From positions 103,739 to 167,738 of the forward strand of contig CAJTSE010000007.1 of assembly GCA_910578815.1 (NCBI GenBank): a DNA stretch of 64,000 nucleotides. Direction: 5' to 3'. Made by a program: the position numbers and the translations under genes. The notes beneath the pieces were generated by a model. The model was not told the DNA's origin and did not search any database. It saw only the letters and a list, made by a program, of their open reading frames with translations. Numbering within the stretch: the stretch's first letter is position 1; each line of letters starts with the position of its first letter. This stretch comes from an uncultured Acetatifactor sp. (GTDB lineage: Bacteria > Bacillota > Clostridia > Lachnospirales > Lachnospiraceae). Below are positions 9,538 to 18,643 of this stretch, piece by piece.

Positions 9538-10416
9538 ATGAAAAACTATAGAAAAACCCTGGCAGTCCTATTGGCCGTTATAGCTGTCAGTTGTTTGACT
9601 GCGGCAGTGGTTTTAATTGTCCGCCAGGTCAGAGACACCATACAGACTTCAAAAAATACGGAGGAAATGCGGCCATCCGCAGACTCGGCAATGGGAACGG
9701 ATAATTCGGATTCCCCTTCGGAAGCGGAAACCGCAGAATCACCGGAGCCGTCTTCGGAGGAAAAAGAACAGCCGCCTTCTCCAACCCCGGAACCTACTCC
9801 CGAACCTGTAGTCAATCCCTACAGCGACAGCTTCCTTGCCAATGAAGACATGGCCGGGTGGCTGCAGATACCGGATACCGCGATTGATTATCCGATCATG
9901 TGGACCCCGGAAGACGAAGAATATTATCTCCGCCGCGGCTTTGACGGTTCCCGCAATTCAAACGGCTGTCTGATCTTAGACACCGACAGCTGCCTGGATC
10001 CTCTGACCACCAACCTGATCATTCATGGTCACAACATGAAATCGGGCGCCATGTTTGGCACGCTGATGGATTACGAGGAAGAAGCCTACTGTCAGGCGCA
10101 TAAGACCATCAGCCTTTATACAAAGGAATGCCAGCGAAATTATGAGGTCATCGCTGTATTCTATTCGCAGGTCTTCAAAAAGACAGACCAAGTATTTAAG
10201 TTTTATAAGTTTTTTCAGGCCGACACCGCCGAAGAATTTAATGATTTTTATGATAATATAAAGGCGCTTTCTTTATATGACACAGGTGTCACAGCAGAAT
10301 TTGGAGACCACTTTATCACCCTTTCCACCTGTGCATATCATGTGGATAACGGGCGTTTTGTAGTAGTAGCGAAAGAAGTGGAAAGCGGAGATACCTATCT
10401 CCCCATTCAAAATTAA
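9538..10416 (+). CDS. srtB: Class B sortase
   Basis: TM anchor, Pro/Ser/Glu linker, then IIHGHNMKSGAMFG and TLSTCAYH...GRFVVVAKE (catalytic His / TLxTC / Arg). Confidence 0.85.
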   Translation: MKNYRKTLAVLLAVIAVSCLTAAVVLIVRQVRDTIQTSKNTEEMRPSADSAMGTDNSDSPSEAETAESPEPSSEEKEQPPSPTPEPTPEPVVNPYSDSFLANEDMAGWLQIPDTAIDYPIMWTPEDEEYYLRRGFDGSRNSNGCLILDTDSCLDPLTTNLIIHGHNMKSGAMFGTLMDYEEEAYCQAHKTISLYTKECQRNYEVIAVFYSQVFKKTDQVFKFYKFFQADTAEEFNDFYDNIKALSLYDTGVTAEFGDHFITLSTCAYHVDNGRFVVVAKEVESGDTYLPIQN

Positions 10417-10429
10417 AGGAGGACTAAAC

Positions 10430-11308
10430 ATGCACAAAAAAATCAAATTATTCGTATCTATGCTGGCAGTGGCAGCAATGTTTGTAATGCTTCCGGACAG
10501 CAACGCAATGACTGCCAAGGCGGCAGGAAACACCTACTCCGTCAAATACCTTGGAGGTAACACCAACGCTTGGTGTTATGTACCCGGCTCCACTTTTGAC
10601 GAAGCATTATATCCCAAGGGAGTCGATGTCTTAAAAGTACTGGATCTGCAGAACGGGGATAACATTGTAGTATACCCCGGTGAAACGGAAACCTATAAAG
10701 ATCTGGATCTTAGCGGTTTCACTCTTAACAGCCTGACTGTTCATCAGAATGCAAAGGCCGCGGTTATTACAGACGGCATCAATGAATGCTACATCCTGGC
10801 CGGAGCTTACACCGCCATCAACGGCGATGTAACCAGTGCTCATCTCTATGACAACACTACCTGCACCTTTAACAACAATGTTTTGGATATGGTACTGCAT
10901 TATACGGATACACCACAATCCAATATTAGTTGTTCCGGAACCGTTGGCTGCTTTCAGTTTGCCGTTGGCACGGACGATCCCACCGGCGGATTTTATGATA
11001 TTCCCAAGGGCACCATGAAACTCCAGGACGGAACGGTTCAGTTTCCTTTCTGGTTACCCACTCCTTCGGAAGCTTATCTGCAGGCAAAAGGCATTGCCAC
11101 GGACACCCCGCCTGCAGCAGATACGCCTGCACCCGAAACACCTGCCGCTCCGGTACCTTCTGCTCCTGGGGCCGGCACCTCTTCCGATGAGTACGACAAA
11201 GTTCCAAAAACCGGCGATAACAATCATGTAATCCTGTTCGCTGGCTTGACAGGCACTGCCGCTCTGTTATTTACGGCCAGCTTCTGCCTCTACAGAAAGA
11301 CAAAATAG
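10430..11308 (+). CDS. Cell-wall-anchored surface protein, probable sortase B substrate (VPKTG sorting signal)
   Basis: Signal peptide, Pro/Ala/Thr-rich stalk, then C-terminal VPKTG, a hydrophobic helix and YRKTK. Starts 14 nt after srtB. Confidence 0.75.
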   Translation: MHKKIKLFVSMLAVAAMFVMLPDSNAMTAKAAGNTYSVKYLGGNTNAWCYVPGSTFDEALYPKGVDVLKVLDLQNGDNIVVYPGETETYKDLDLSGFTLNSLTVHQNAKAAVITDGINECYILAGAYTAINGDVTSAHLYDNTTCTFNNNVLDMVLHYTDTPQSNISCSGTVGCFQFAVGTDDPTGGFYDIPKGTMKLQDGTVQFPFWLPTPSEAYLQAKGIATDTPPAADTPAPETPAAPVPSAPGAGTSSDEYDKVPKTGDNNHVILFAGLTGTAALLFTASFCLYRKTK

Positions 11309-11334
11309 TAAATATACGTCTTAAGACATATAAT

Positions 11335-11371
11335 AAAAGCGGTGCTTCCTTTAAGGGCGGCACCGCTTTTT
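11335..11371. terminator. Bidirectional rho-independent terminator between the convergent surface-protein and GH18 genes
   Basis: AAAAGCGGTGC-loop-GCACCGCTTTTT; stem 11338-11345 / 11360-11367 flanked by A and T runs. Confidence 0.7.
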
Positions 11372-11403
11372 GTACCTGTAGATAACGCTTTCATCAGATT
11401 TGC

Positions 11404-13137
11404 CTAATTTGTTCCGGCGTACGCCGCTGCCAGTTCCCAGGCCGCCTTCGTTCCGAAGCCCAGCCTCCAGACAGCAACACCGCCAATGTTTCTGGCCCCC
11501 ATGGCATTCAGCTTTACGCGCAGAGACTCCGTATCTTCTATCCACATCTGATACAGGGTATTGTCCCCCTGCCATTCGATATAATTTTGGCAGAGCGTAT
11601 CATCCCATTCCGCCATCTCCAACGTCTTGCCGTAATTGCTTAAGCACTCTTCCACATTCCTGACGGGAATCGCCGTATCCGTCACTGCCGTTCCTTCCGT
11701 TTTCCAAAGCCTGGTATAAAACGGAAGCGCGTTTATCACCTTTTTGGCCGGTACATGCTCCAGGATCCTGTCCAGTCCGCCCGTTACAAATTCTATGCTG
11801 GCTACGCTTCCTGCCTCCTGGCAGCCGCCCCAGTGTTCGTCATATCCCATCATGATTACATAATCTACAACCAATCCCTGAATGTCAAATCTTTGAGAAT
11901 TGAGAGAGTTCAAAGGCACCTTATCATCTACAGACAAAACCAGCCCGTTCTTTCTGCACAAAACGGAAAGCTCCCGCAAAAACTGATTAAAATGCGGCCT
12001 GGCCTCATCCGTCAATTCTTCGAAATCAATATTTATCCCGTCCAATCCTAACTCCATGGCAGTGTCCACCATATTCTGCGCCATTCCTTGGCGTCTTGTG
12101 GTAGAAGAAAGGATCCCATAGCTGTCAACTTGCGTCTGGTTATCCAGGCGATAATTAAAATCATCCCATACCCCCCAGACCTTTAAGCCATAACCATGAG
12201 CCTTTTCAACGTATTTCGCAGAAGCATAGGACCTGAAAAGTTCTCCGTCACTGTCCTTTAAGCTAAACCAGGTAGGCGCTATAACATTGATGCCTTTCCC
12301 CTCCTTCACCATATCCGCCAGGGTATCGTTTCCGCCCACGCCCCCGATGGCATGCCACCCAAGATTAACCCTGCCTTCCATGGAAATGGAAGTATATTCT
12401 TCCTGTACATAATCAGTAACGGGAGTCTCCACCTCCGTATCCAGATTTGTCAACCGCTTATTTTCCACATAGCCAATCATGGAGTCCGAAGTTTTCACCT
12501 TACTCCAGTTCCCCATTTCTTCCACAAGCTCCACCTTTTCTCCTGCTGTCAATTCCCGCAGAATCGGGCTCTTGATTCCGCCCTGCACACGCAGCTGAGT
12601 ATCCTTTCCTATCGTATATTTCGTGGCTATCCCCCACTCTGTATAGAGCTGCAGATGCCTGTCAAATCTTTCATAAGAGAAATTAGCAAATTTCCTGGCA
12701 TATTCAGCAGCAATATACACCTTGTCGTCTGCCGCGTAGCACACCACATACTCCGTCTGATGCACCCCTTCACTGTCATAATAGCCTTTCTCACCGAACA
12801 ATGCCGTTTTGGTATCCGTTGCCGTGGTAAACAAAAGCTTCTGCTCTCCCGTGTCCACATAAAACGTATCATTAAAGTAATCCCGGACCAAATCCTGGTC
12901 AAAATATACCACACCGTCTCTCACGGCAGCCTGCTCTTTAATCATCTCATCCTGAAGCACTATAGCAAGATTTCCATCCGAGTCAAGCGCAGCGCCGTTT
13001 GTCACCCCATAGTACTCATCCAGATCCGCAAGCTCCTTACTATAAGAATATTTGTCTATCAGCTTGCCGCCAAATGCAATCCCGCCTATTATGACGATCA
13101 ACACCAGTGCTATTATTACCGGTAATGCCTTCTTCAT
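11404..13137 (-). CDS. Membrane-anchored GH18 glycosyl hydrolase with SH3b domain (YaaH/YdhD-like peptidoglycan/spore-cortex hydrolase family)
   Basis: N-terminal TM helix, an SH3b-like segment (LRVQGGIKSPILRELTAGEKVELVEEMGNWSKVKTSDSMIGYVE), and the GH18 catalytic motif LDGINIDFEEL. Confidence 0.75.
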   Translation of the reverse strand: MKKALPVIIALVLIVIIGGIAFGGKLIDKYSYSKELADLDEYYGVTNGAALDSDGNLAIVLQDEMIKEQAAVRDGVVYFDQDLVRDYFNDTFYVDTGEQKLLFTTATDTKTALFGEKGYYDSEGVHQTEYVVCYAADDKVYIAAEYARKFANFSYERFDRHLQLYTEWGIATKYTIGKDTQLRVQGGIKSPILRELTAGEKVELVEEMGNWSKVKTSDSMIGYVENKRLTNLDTEVETPVTDYVQEEYTSISMEGRVNLGWHAIGGVGGNDTLADMVKEGKGINVIAPTWFSLKDSDGELFRSYASAKYVEKAHGYGLKVWGVWDDFNYRLDNQTQVDSYGILSSTTRRQGMAQNMVDTAMELGLDGINIDFEELTDEARPHFNQFLRELSVLCRKNGLVLSVDDKVPLNSLNSQRFDIQGLVVDYVIMMGYDEHWGGCQEAGSVASIEFVTGGLDRILEHVPAKKVINALPFYTRLWKTEGTAVTDTAIPVRNVEECLSNYGKTLEMAEWDDTLCQNYIEWQGDNTLYQMWIEDTESLRVKLNAMGARNIGGVAVWRLGFGTKAAWELAAAYAGTN

Positions 13138-13368
13138 AATTTGTTATATTCCCTTCTTTCATCCAAAAGTTTCATCCGGAACCTGACCGGACGTGTGTAC
13201 GTGTAACTGTCCGTATTTTTAAGAAAGCGAACAGTTACATCATACCACACTCGTCGCTTTAAGTCATTACCATTTTTTTAAGTCTGTAACCATAGTCTCC
13301 GCCTTCAGCACGGGAGGCAATCCGTTTTTATTTGATTTGGCGGGACTGTTTTACAGGAAGCAGGCTGA

Positions 13369-13605
13369 TCATCCGCCGATCACCTTGTCAAAGCGGATCT
13401 GCTCAATATTACCGGCATCGCCTAATACATAGTCTGCCATATAAGGACTGTCTTCCCGCACAGCTCTGGCCGCTGCTTCACCCGGAAGCGTGACCCGACC
13501 ATCAACAAAAAGCTCCACGCCCTGGCTGTACAGCTGCTCCAGATACATTCGCATACACTCTCTGGCATTTTCCAGGTCAGCTGCTTCCCTGCTTTCTTCA
13601 TACAA
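13369..13605 (-). CDS. Hypothetical 78-aa acidic protein
   Basis: TTG start preceded by AGGAGGT at 7-nt spacing. Coding-like composition. No motif recognised. Confidence 0.45.
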   Translation of the reverse strand: MYEESREAADLENARECMRMYLEQLYSQGVELFVDGRVTLPGEAAARAVREDSPYMADYVLGDAGNIEQIRFDKVIGG

Positions 13606-14015
13606 GAATATACCTCCTTTTCATTTTTTTAACCAAAAGGATCGTGATGAATCGTAAATGCACCCGGCTGTACTGTATAGGCAAAAATTGCCAATATACA
13701 AAAAGATTAAAATGAATTATTATTGTGAAAATATTAGTTGAAATACTAAAGATCAAGCAGGCACCAGCATATATTGCGCCAACACTTGTAAGACATTCCG
13801 AATTATATGTCAGATTTTTTTTAAACTTCATATAATATATCGGGATGAAACGAGACGACACGTCTCCAAAACTATATCAACTGATAAATACAGACCGATC
13901 CTCCCTTCCTGTACGGACTACCGGAGGCACTTACATTGTGATTATATCTTATTGGCTTTATGAATTCAAGTACTTTTTGAAAATTCTTAAAAAAATCGAA
14001 ATTCAGATCCTGCTA

Positions 14016-14044
14016 TTGACTTACAGGTTGCGAGACGATATGAT
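14016..14044 (+). promoter_or_regulatory. Sigma-A-like promoter for mecA: TTGACT-N17-TATGAT
   Basis: TTGACT at 14016-14021 and TATGAT at 14039-14044, 57 nt upstream of ATG 14102. Confidence 0.45.
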
Positions 14045-14101
14045 ACAAGAAAAGTAGCTGTTACTCGGCATACCTGCAATGCAGAAAGAAAGGGTTGTCG
14101 T

Positions 14102-14827
14102 ATGAAAATAGAAAAAGTAAACGAAAATCAGATTCGCTGCACCCTGACCCGTGAGGATCTTGCCAGCCGCGAACTGAAAATAAGCGAACTTGCTTATGGT
14201 ACGGAGAAAGCAAAAACCCTGTTCCGCGATATGATGCGACAGGCAAATTTTGAATTCGGATTTGAAGCGGAGGACATTCCTCTAATGATTGAAGCCATTC
14301 CCTTGAATGCCGAATGTATTGTGCTGATTATTACCAAAGTAGAGGACCCGGAAGAACTGGATACCCGTTTTTCCCGTTTTGCTCCCTCTGTTACCGAAGA
14401 TGAAGATGACGAATATGGCGCAGGAGATACGGATGAAGTAATGGATTTGTTTCGCAGGCTCCATACTGCCCCTCCTGAGGCAGATTCCCAAAGCAGCCCC
14501 AAAGACTCCGCAAATTCCACGGAAGCTGCCCTCTCCCGGATATTTCATCTGAATTCTCTTCGACAGGCCATGGATGCCTGTCGGTTAATTGCCACCAACT
14601 ATACCGGTATCAGTTCTCTCTATAAGCATCATTCTGAACAGCGGTATTATCTGGTCTTAACATCAGATGGCAATTCCGGAGAAGCTTTTGACAAGGCCTG
14701 CAATATTTTGTCGGAATATGGTACAATGCAGCGCAGCTTATCCGTCGGCGAGAGCTATCTGGCAGAACATTGCGAAGTACTGATTCCTCGGAATGCAGTA
14801 AACATTCTTGGAAACGGAGAAAACTAA
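14102..14827 (+). CDS. mecA: Adaptor protein MecA (ClpC adaptor)
   Basis: MKIEKVNENQIRCTLTREDLASRELKISELAYGTEKAKTLFRDMMRQANFEFGF...PLMIEAIPL is the typical MecA N-domain, followed by an acidic linker and C-domain. Confidence 0.8.
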   Translation: MKIEKVNENQIRCTLTREDLASRELKISELAYGTEKAKTLFRDMMRQANFEFGFEAEDIPLMIEAIPLNAECIVLIITKVEDPEELDTRFSRFAPSVTEDEDDEYGAGDTDEVMDLFRRLHTAPPEADSQSSPKDSANSTEAALSRIFHLNSLRQAMDACRLIATNYTGISSLYKHHSEQRYYLVLTSDGNSGEAFDKACNILSEYGTMQRSLSVGESYLAEHCEVLIPRNAVNILGNGEN

Positions 14828-14850
14828 ACAAACAGGCTGTCACTTTGTAG

Positions 14851-14895
14851 AAAAGGAGCTGTACACTAAAATATTAGCGTCAGCTCCTTTTATTG
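14851..14895. terminator. Bidirectional terminator between convergent mecA and the DUF1858 gene
   Basis: AAAAGGAGCTG (14851-14861) pairs with CAGCTCCTTTT (14881-14891). Confidence 0.7.
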
Positions 14896-14919
14896 CAGCA
14901 ATTCTGCTGAAATACCTTT

Positions 14920-15111
14920 TTAAACCTCTTCGATAGCCTTCATCAGCGCGTCAATATCAATACCATGCACCATAGCTGCTTCCTCCAGGGATTCCCCCTG
15001 TGCGGAAGGGCAGCCCAGGCAGTGCATTCCCGCATCCATCAGTACCGGTGCAACGTCTGGATTTTTGCGCAGGATTTCACCAATGGTCATCTCCTTTGTA
15101 ATTCCGCTCAT
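14920..15111 (-). CDS. DUF1858-domain small protein (hybrid-cluster-protein-associated redox disulfide domain)
   Basis: 63 aa; [45 protein letters not shown] is the DUF1858 pattern with a CxxC. Confidence 0.65.
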   Translation of the reverse strand: MSGITKEMTIGEILRKNPDVAPVLMDAGMHCLGCPSAQGESLEEAAMVHGIDIDALMKAIEEV

Positions 15112-15210
15112 ATCTATTCTCTCCTTTCATGGCCGCGGCATATCGGCTGCGGCTCATTTATCAATCAGTTATATACCGATTTTAATATAGTATAGATTAT
15201 TCCCCAAAAT

Positions 15211-15948
15211 TTGACAAGCTATTCTTCAACCTGTTTGGCAGTGTGGTGGTCGAGGGCGCTTTATTCCGTGGTTCTGAATTATTTACTGGCTGGCTCTGAG
15301 GATTTATGGGGCACGATTGACTGGGAAGCCGACCGCTGCGATTTCTCAGGAGACTTATTTACAAAAATACTGGAAATCACAAAACGATATGCAGATCCAG
15401 AGAGTATAGGACAGACAGCTGTCGCAGACCGGTATAGGCTGGACGTTGATGTCAGAGAAGTAGTGGAAAGTAACAGAAGGGTCATCCTCGACTACCCGTT
15501 CAACGACGGCTGGTATCCCTACTTTAGCGTCTCCGATGTGCTGATGGTAAACGCAAACACAAAGTACCCTGAAGGCGCATGCGAATTTATAGAATATCTT
15601 CTGGACGAGGAAGGCCAGACTTTTGTCACCCAATCTTCCGGTCTGCCTGTCAACAAAGATATGGCAGACAGCTACAAAGCATGGGAGCTGAAAGAGAATG
15701 AAGCGGAAAAGTCTCATTATTACATGACAATAGACGGAGTTCCGGAAGAGATTTCCCTGACAAAGGAAATGACTGATGAGGCTTTGGATTATGCAGAACG
15801 GACGCGATACTTGCCCCTTAAGACGAAAGAAATCCAGTCAATTATCTATGAGGAAGCATTGCTGTTCTACACCGGAGATAAGTCTCTGGAAGCGGTCATT
15901 GACCTGATTCAAAACCGGGTGCAGCTTTACCTGGATGAAAATATGTAG
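15211..15948 (+). pseudogene. C-terminal fragment of an ABC-type extracellular solute-binding protein (no signal peptide or N-lobe)
   Basis: Reads like the C-lobe of a family-1 SBP (VLMVNANTKYPEGACEFIEYLLDEEGQ...). TTG 'start', no RBS, no lipobox. No cognate permease genes adjacent, and followed at once by the 64-bp repeat array. Confidence 0.45.
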
Positions 15949-15950
15949 CG

Positions 15951-16166
15951 GCCTCTGGCGCTCTCCGCTGCTTCACTACCCTGGCTCGTTCAGCCCGCGC
16001 CATTCGCAAATCGCGCCTCTGGCGCTCTCCGCTGCTTCACTACCCTGGCTCGTTCAGCCCGCGCCATTCGCAAATCGCGCCTCTGGCGCTCTCCGCTGCT
16101 TCACTACCCTGGCTCGTTCAGCCCGCGCCATTCGCAAATCGCGCCTCTGGCGCTCTCCGCTGCTTC
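15951..16166. repeat. Perfect tandem array, 3.4 copies of a 64-bp unit (GCCTCTGGCGCTCTCCGCTGCTTCACTACCCTGGCTCGTTCAGCCCGCGCCATTCGCAAATCGC)
   Basis: Units at 15951-16014, 16015-16078 and 16079-16142 are identical. A fourth is truncated at 16166. Confidence 0.95.
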
Positions 16167-16199
16167 GCAGCTAACTTTGCTCATGAAATGGCGCTCCCT

Positions 16200-16260
16200 C
16201 AGCGGACATAAAAAATGGAAAATTCATGCGAGCATGATTTTCCATTTTTTATGTCCGCTG
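16200..16260. repeat. Long hairpin: 29-bp stem with one bulged T and a 2-nt loop
   Basis: CAGCGGACATAAAAAATGGAAAATTCATGC-ga-GCATGATTTTCCATTTTTTATGTCCGCTG, followed directly by GGCTGAACTG. Confidence 0.9.
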
Positions 16261-16297
16261 GCTGAACTGTGTACTGCAAAAAGTACACTCCCACGCC

Positions 16298-16326
16298 TTG
16301 ACTCTTCACATTCTTTTTCATATAAT
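16298..16326 (+). promoter_or_regulatory. Consensus-like promoter for pflB: TTGACT-N17-TATAAT
   Basis: TTGACT at 16298-16303 and TATAAT at 16321-16326, 46 nt upstream of ATG 16373, which has an AGGAGG RBS. Confidence 0.6.
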
Positions 16327-16372
16327 GGTACTTAGGAATCAGAACTTAAAATTTTATAGGAGGTATTTCAAA

Positions 16373-18412
16373 ATGAAACCGATTGAAACAGATTTCGTGC
16401 GTGGCAAATGGGACAAGGAAGTCAACGTTCGTGACTTCATCCAGAGAAACTATCATCCCTACGATGGCGACGATGCTTTCCTGGCCGGCCCTACACAAAA
16501 CACCAAGGACCTGTGGGCAATGGTGCTTGATCTGCAGAAGCAGGAGAGAGAAGCAGGCGGCGTCCTTGACATGGACACCAAGGTTGTTTCCACCATCACT
16601 TCCCATGGCCCCGGCTATCTGGACAAGAACAAAGAGACTATCGTAGGTTTCCAGACCGATAAGCCCTTCAAGAGATCCCTGCAGCCTTATGGCGGTATTC
16701 GTATGGCAGAAAAAGCCTGCTCCGACAATGGCTACGAGGTTGACCCTGAAATCTCCGAGTTCTTCTCCACTCATAGAAAGACTCACAATGCAGGCTGCTT
16801 TGACGCATACAATCAGGAAATGAGAGCATGCCGTTCTTCTCATATCATCACCGGCCTTCCCGATGCTTATGGCCGCGGACGTATTATCGGCGACTACAGA
16901 CGTGTGGCTCTGTACGGCATCGACAGACTGTTAGAAGACAAGCAGGAGCAGAAGGATTCCACCGGCCGTGTTATGACCGACGACGTGATCCGCCTTCGTG
17001 AGGAAATTTCCGAGCAGATGGTTGCTCTGAAGATGATGAAGGAAATGGCTGCCTCCTACGGCTGCGATATTTCCAATCCTGCAACCAACGTAAAGGAAGC
17101 AATTCAGGCTGTATACTTCGGATACCTGTGTGCAGTTAAGGAGCAGAACGGTGCCGCTATGTCCCTTGGACGTACCTCCACCTTCCTTGACATCTTCGCT
17201 GAGAGAGATTTAAAGAACGGCACCTTTACCGAAGAGCAGATTCAGGAGTTTGTTGATCACTTCATCATGAAGCTGCGTTTGATCAAATTTGCACGTACTC
17301 CCGAATACAACCAGATTTTTGCAGGCGATCCTGTATGGGTTACCGAGTCTCTGGCAGGTGTAGGTGTTGACGGGCGTCACATGGTTACCAGAATGAGCTT
17401 CCGTTATCTGCAGACCCTGTACAATCTGGGCGCTTCACCTGAGCCCAACCTGACCGTGCTTTGGTCCACCAGGCTTCCCGAAGGCTTTAAGAGATTCTGT
17501 GCGAAGACCTCTATCGAGACCTCTTCCATTCAGTATGAGAATGATGACCTGATGAGAGCAACCCACGGCGATGATTACGGTATCGCTTGCTGTGTATCTT
17601 CCATGGTAATCGGCAAGGAAATGCAGTTCTTCGGCGCACGTGCTAACCTGGCTAAGTGTCTGCTTTACGCTTTGAACGGCGGTGTGGATGAAGTTACCAA
17701 GAAGCAGGTAGGTCCCAAGTACCGCCCTGTGGAAGGCGATGTCCTTGATTATGACGATGTTATAAGCAAGTTTACCGATATGATGGAGTGGCAGGCAGAT
17801 GTTTATGTAAATACCCTGAACATCATCCACTACATGCACGACAAGTACTGCTATGAGAGAGCTGAGATGGCTCTGCATGACAGGGATGTGAAGAGATACT
17901 TTGCTACCGGTGTTGCAGGTCTGTCCATCGTTGCTGACTCTCTTTCCGCAATCAAGTATGCAAAGGTTGAGGTTGTCCGTGATGAGGACGGTGTCATTGT
18001 AGACTTCAAGACCACCGGAGACTTCCCCAAGTACGGCAACGACGACGACCGCGTTGACGAAATTGCACAGTGGCTGGTACACACCTTCATGACCGCTGTC
18101 AGAAGGCATCACACCTACAGAAACGGTATTCCTACCACCTCCATCCTGACCATTACCTCCAACGTTACTTATGGTAAGGCTACAGGTAATACGCCTGATG
18201 GACGTAGAAAAGGACAGCCTTTTGCTCCCGGTGCCAACCCTATGCACGGACGTGATACCCATGGTGCGGTAGCATCTCTGTCCTCCGTATCCAAGCTTCC
18301 TTTCAAGGATGCACAGGATGGTATTTCCAATACCTTCACCATCATCCCCGGAGCTCTGGGCAAGGAAGATCAGGTATTTGCCGGCGACATCGAACTTGAT
18401 TTAAACAAGTAA
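16373..18412 (+). CDS. pflB: Pyruvate formate-lyase catalytic core (679 aa), lacking the C-terminal glycyl-radical domain
   Basis: Full PFL barrel, including the Cys-Cys active-site loop GIACCVSSM and C-terminal [17 protein letters not shown]. Ends at TAA 18410, with a second in-frame TAA at 18425. Start taken at MKPIETDF. Confidence 0.9.
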   Translation: MKPIETDFVRGKWDKEVNVRDFIQRNYHPYDGDDAFLAGPTQNTKDLWAMVLDLQKQEREAGGVLDMDTKVVSTITSHGPGYLDKNKETIVGFQTDKPFKRSLQPYGGIRMAEKACSDNGYEVDPEISEFFSTHRKTHNAGCFDAYNQEMRACRSSHIITGLPDAYGRGRIIGDYRRVALYGIDRLLEDKQEQKDSTGRVMTDDVIRLREEISEQMVALKMMKEMAASYGCDISNPATNVKEAIQAVYFGYLCAVKEQNGAAMSLGRTSTFLDIFAERDLKNGTFTEEQIQEFVDHFIMKLRLIKFARTPEYNQIFAGDPVWVTESLAGVGVDGRHMVTRMSFRYLQTLYNLGASPEPNLTVLWSTRLPEGFKRFCAKTSIETSSIQYENDDLMRATHGDDYGIACCVSSMVIGKEMQFFGARANLAKCLLYALNGGVDEVTKKQVGPKYRPVEGDVLDYDDVISKFTDMMEWQADVYVNTLNIIHYMHDKYCYERAEMALHDRDVKRYFATGVAGLSIVADSLSAIKYAKVEVVRDEDGVIVDFKTTGDFPKYGNDDDRVDEIAQWLVHTFMTAVRRHHTYRNGIPTTSILTITSNVTYGKATGNTPDGRRKGQPFAPGANPMHGRDTHGAVASLSSVSKLPFKDAQDGISNTFTIIPGALGKEDQVFAGDIELDLNK

Positions 18413-18439
18413 ATTTTTATAGTATAAAAAGGAGACGCT

Positions 18440-18643
18440 ATGGACGACAAAAAGATGATCGACGATTTGATTCATATGCTGGATTCTGGCATGACCGATG
18501 GCGTGGGACACATTAACGTTGACTGCGATGAAGAGGAAGAACAATCAAAGAACGTTCAGACAATGGGCTGTACGGATTGCTCAAGAACACCGTTGGCCTG
18601 CAGCGTACCTACCCTTGAGCAGGGGCTGGATGATTATCATTAA
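18440..18643 (+). CDS. 67-aa protein: N-terminus resembles the start of the glycyl-radical domain; acidic, Cys-containing tail; no radical Gly loop
   Basis: GGAG RBS 5 nt before the [28 protein letters not shown] aligns with [25 protein letters not shown] of the next ORF (9 identities in 25). Confidence 0.55.
   Translation: MDDKKMIDDLIHMLDSGMTDGVGHINVDCDEEEEQSKNVQTMGCTDCSRTPLACSVPTLEQGLDDYH

Noticed and set aside
13598-13861. 87-aa hydrophobic ORF in the AT-rich gap (also 13845-14057 on plus).
   Set aside because: GTG start without an RBS. The composition is driven by AT-richness, and there is no motif. Kept only as a remote possibility of a small membrane peptide.
15935-16174. 79-aa ORF MKICSGLWRSPLLHYPGSFSPRHSQIAPLALSAASLPW...
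   Set aside because: It lies entirely within the 64-bp perfect repeat, and the peptide is just the unit read in rotating frames.
16298-16372. TTG-initiated 25-codon extension of pflB ([25 protein letters not shown]).
   Set aside because: It overlaps the predicted -35/-10 promoter. PFL homology starts at MKPIETDF, with an AGGAGG RBS just upstream.
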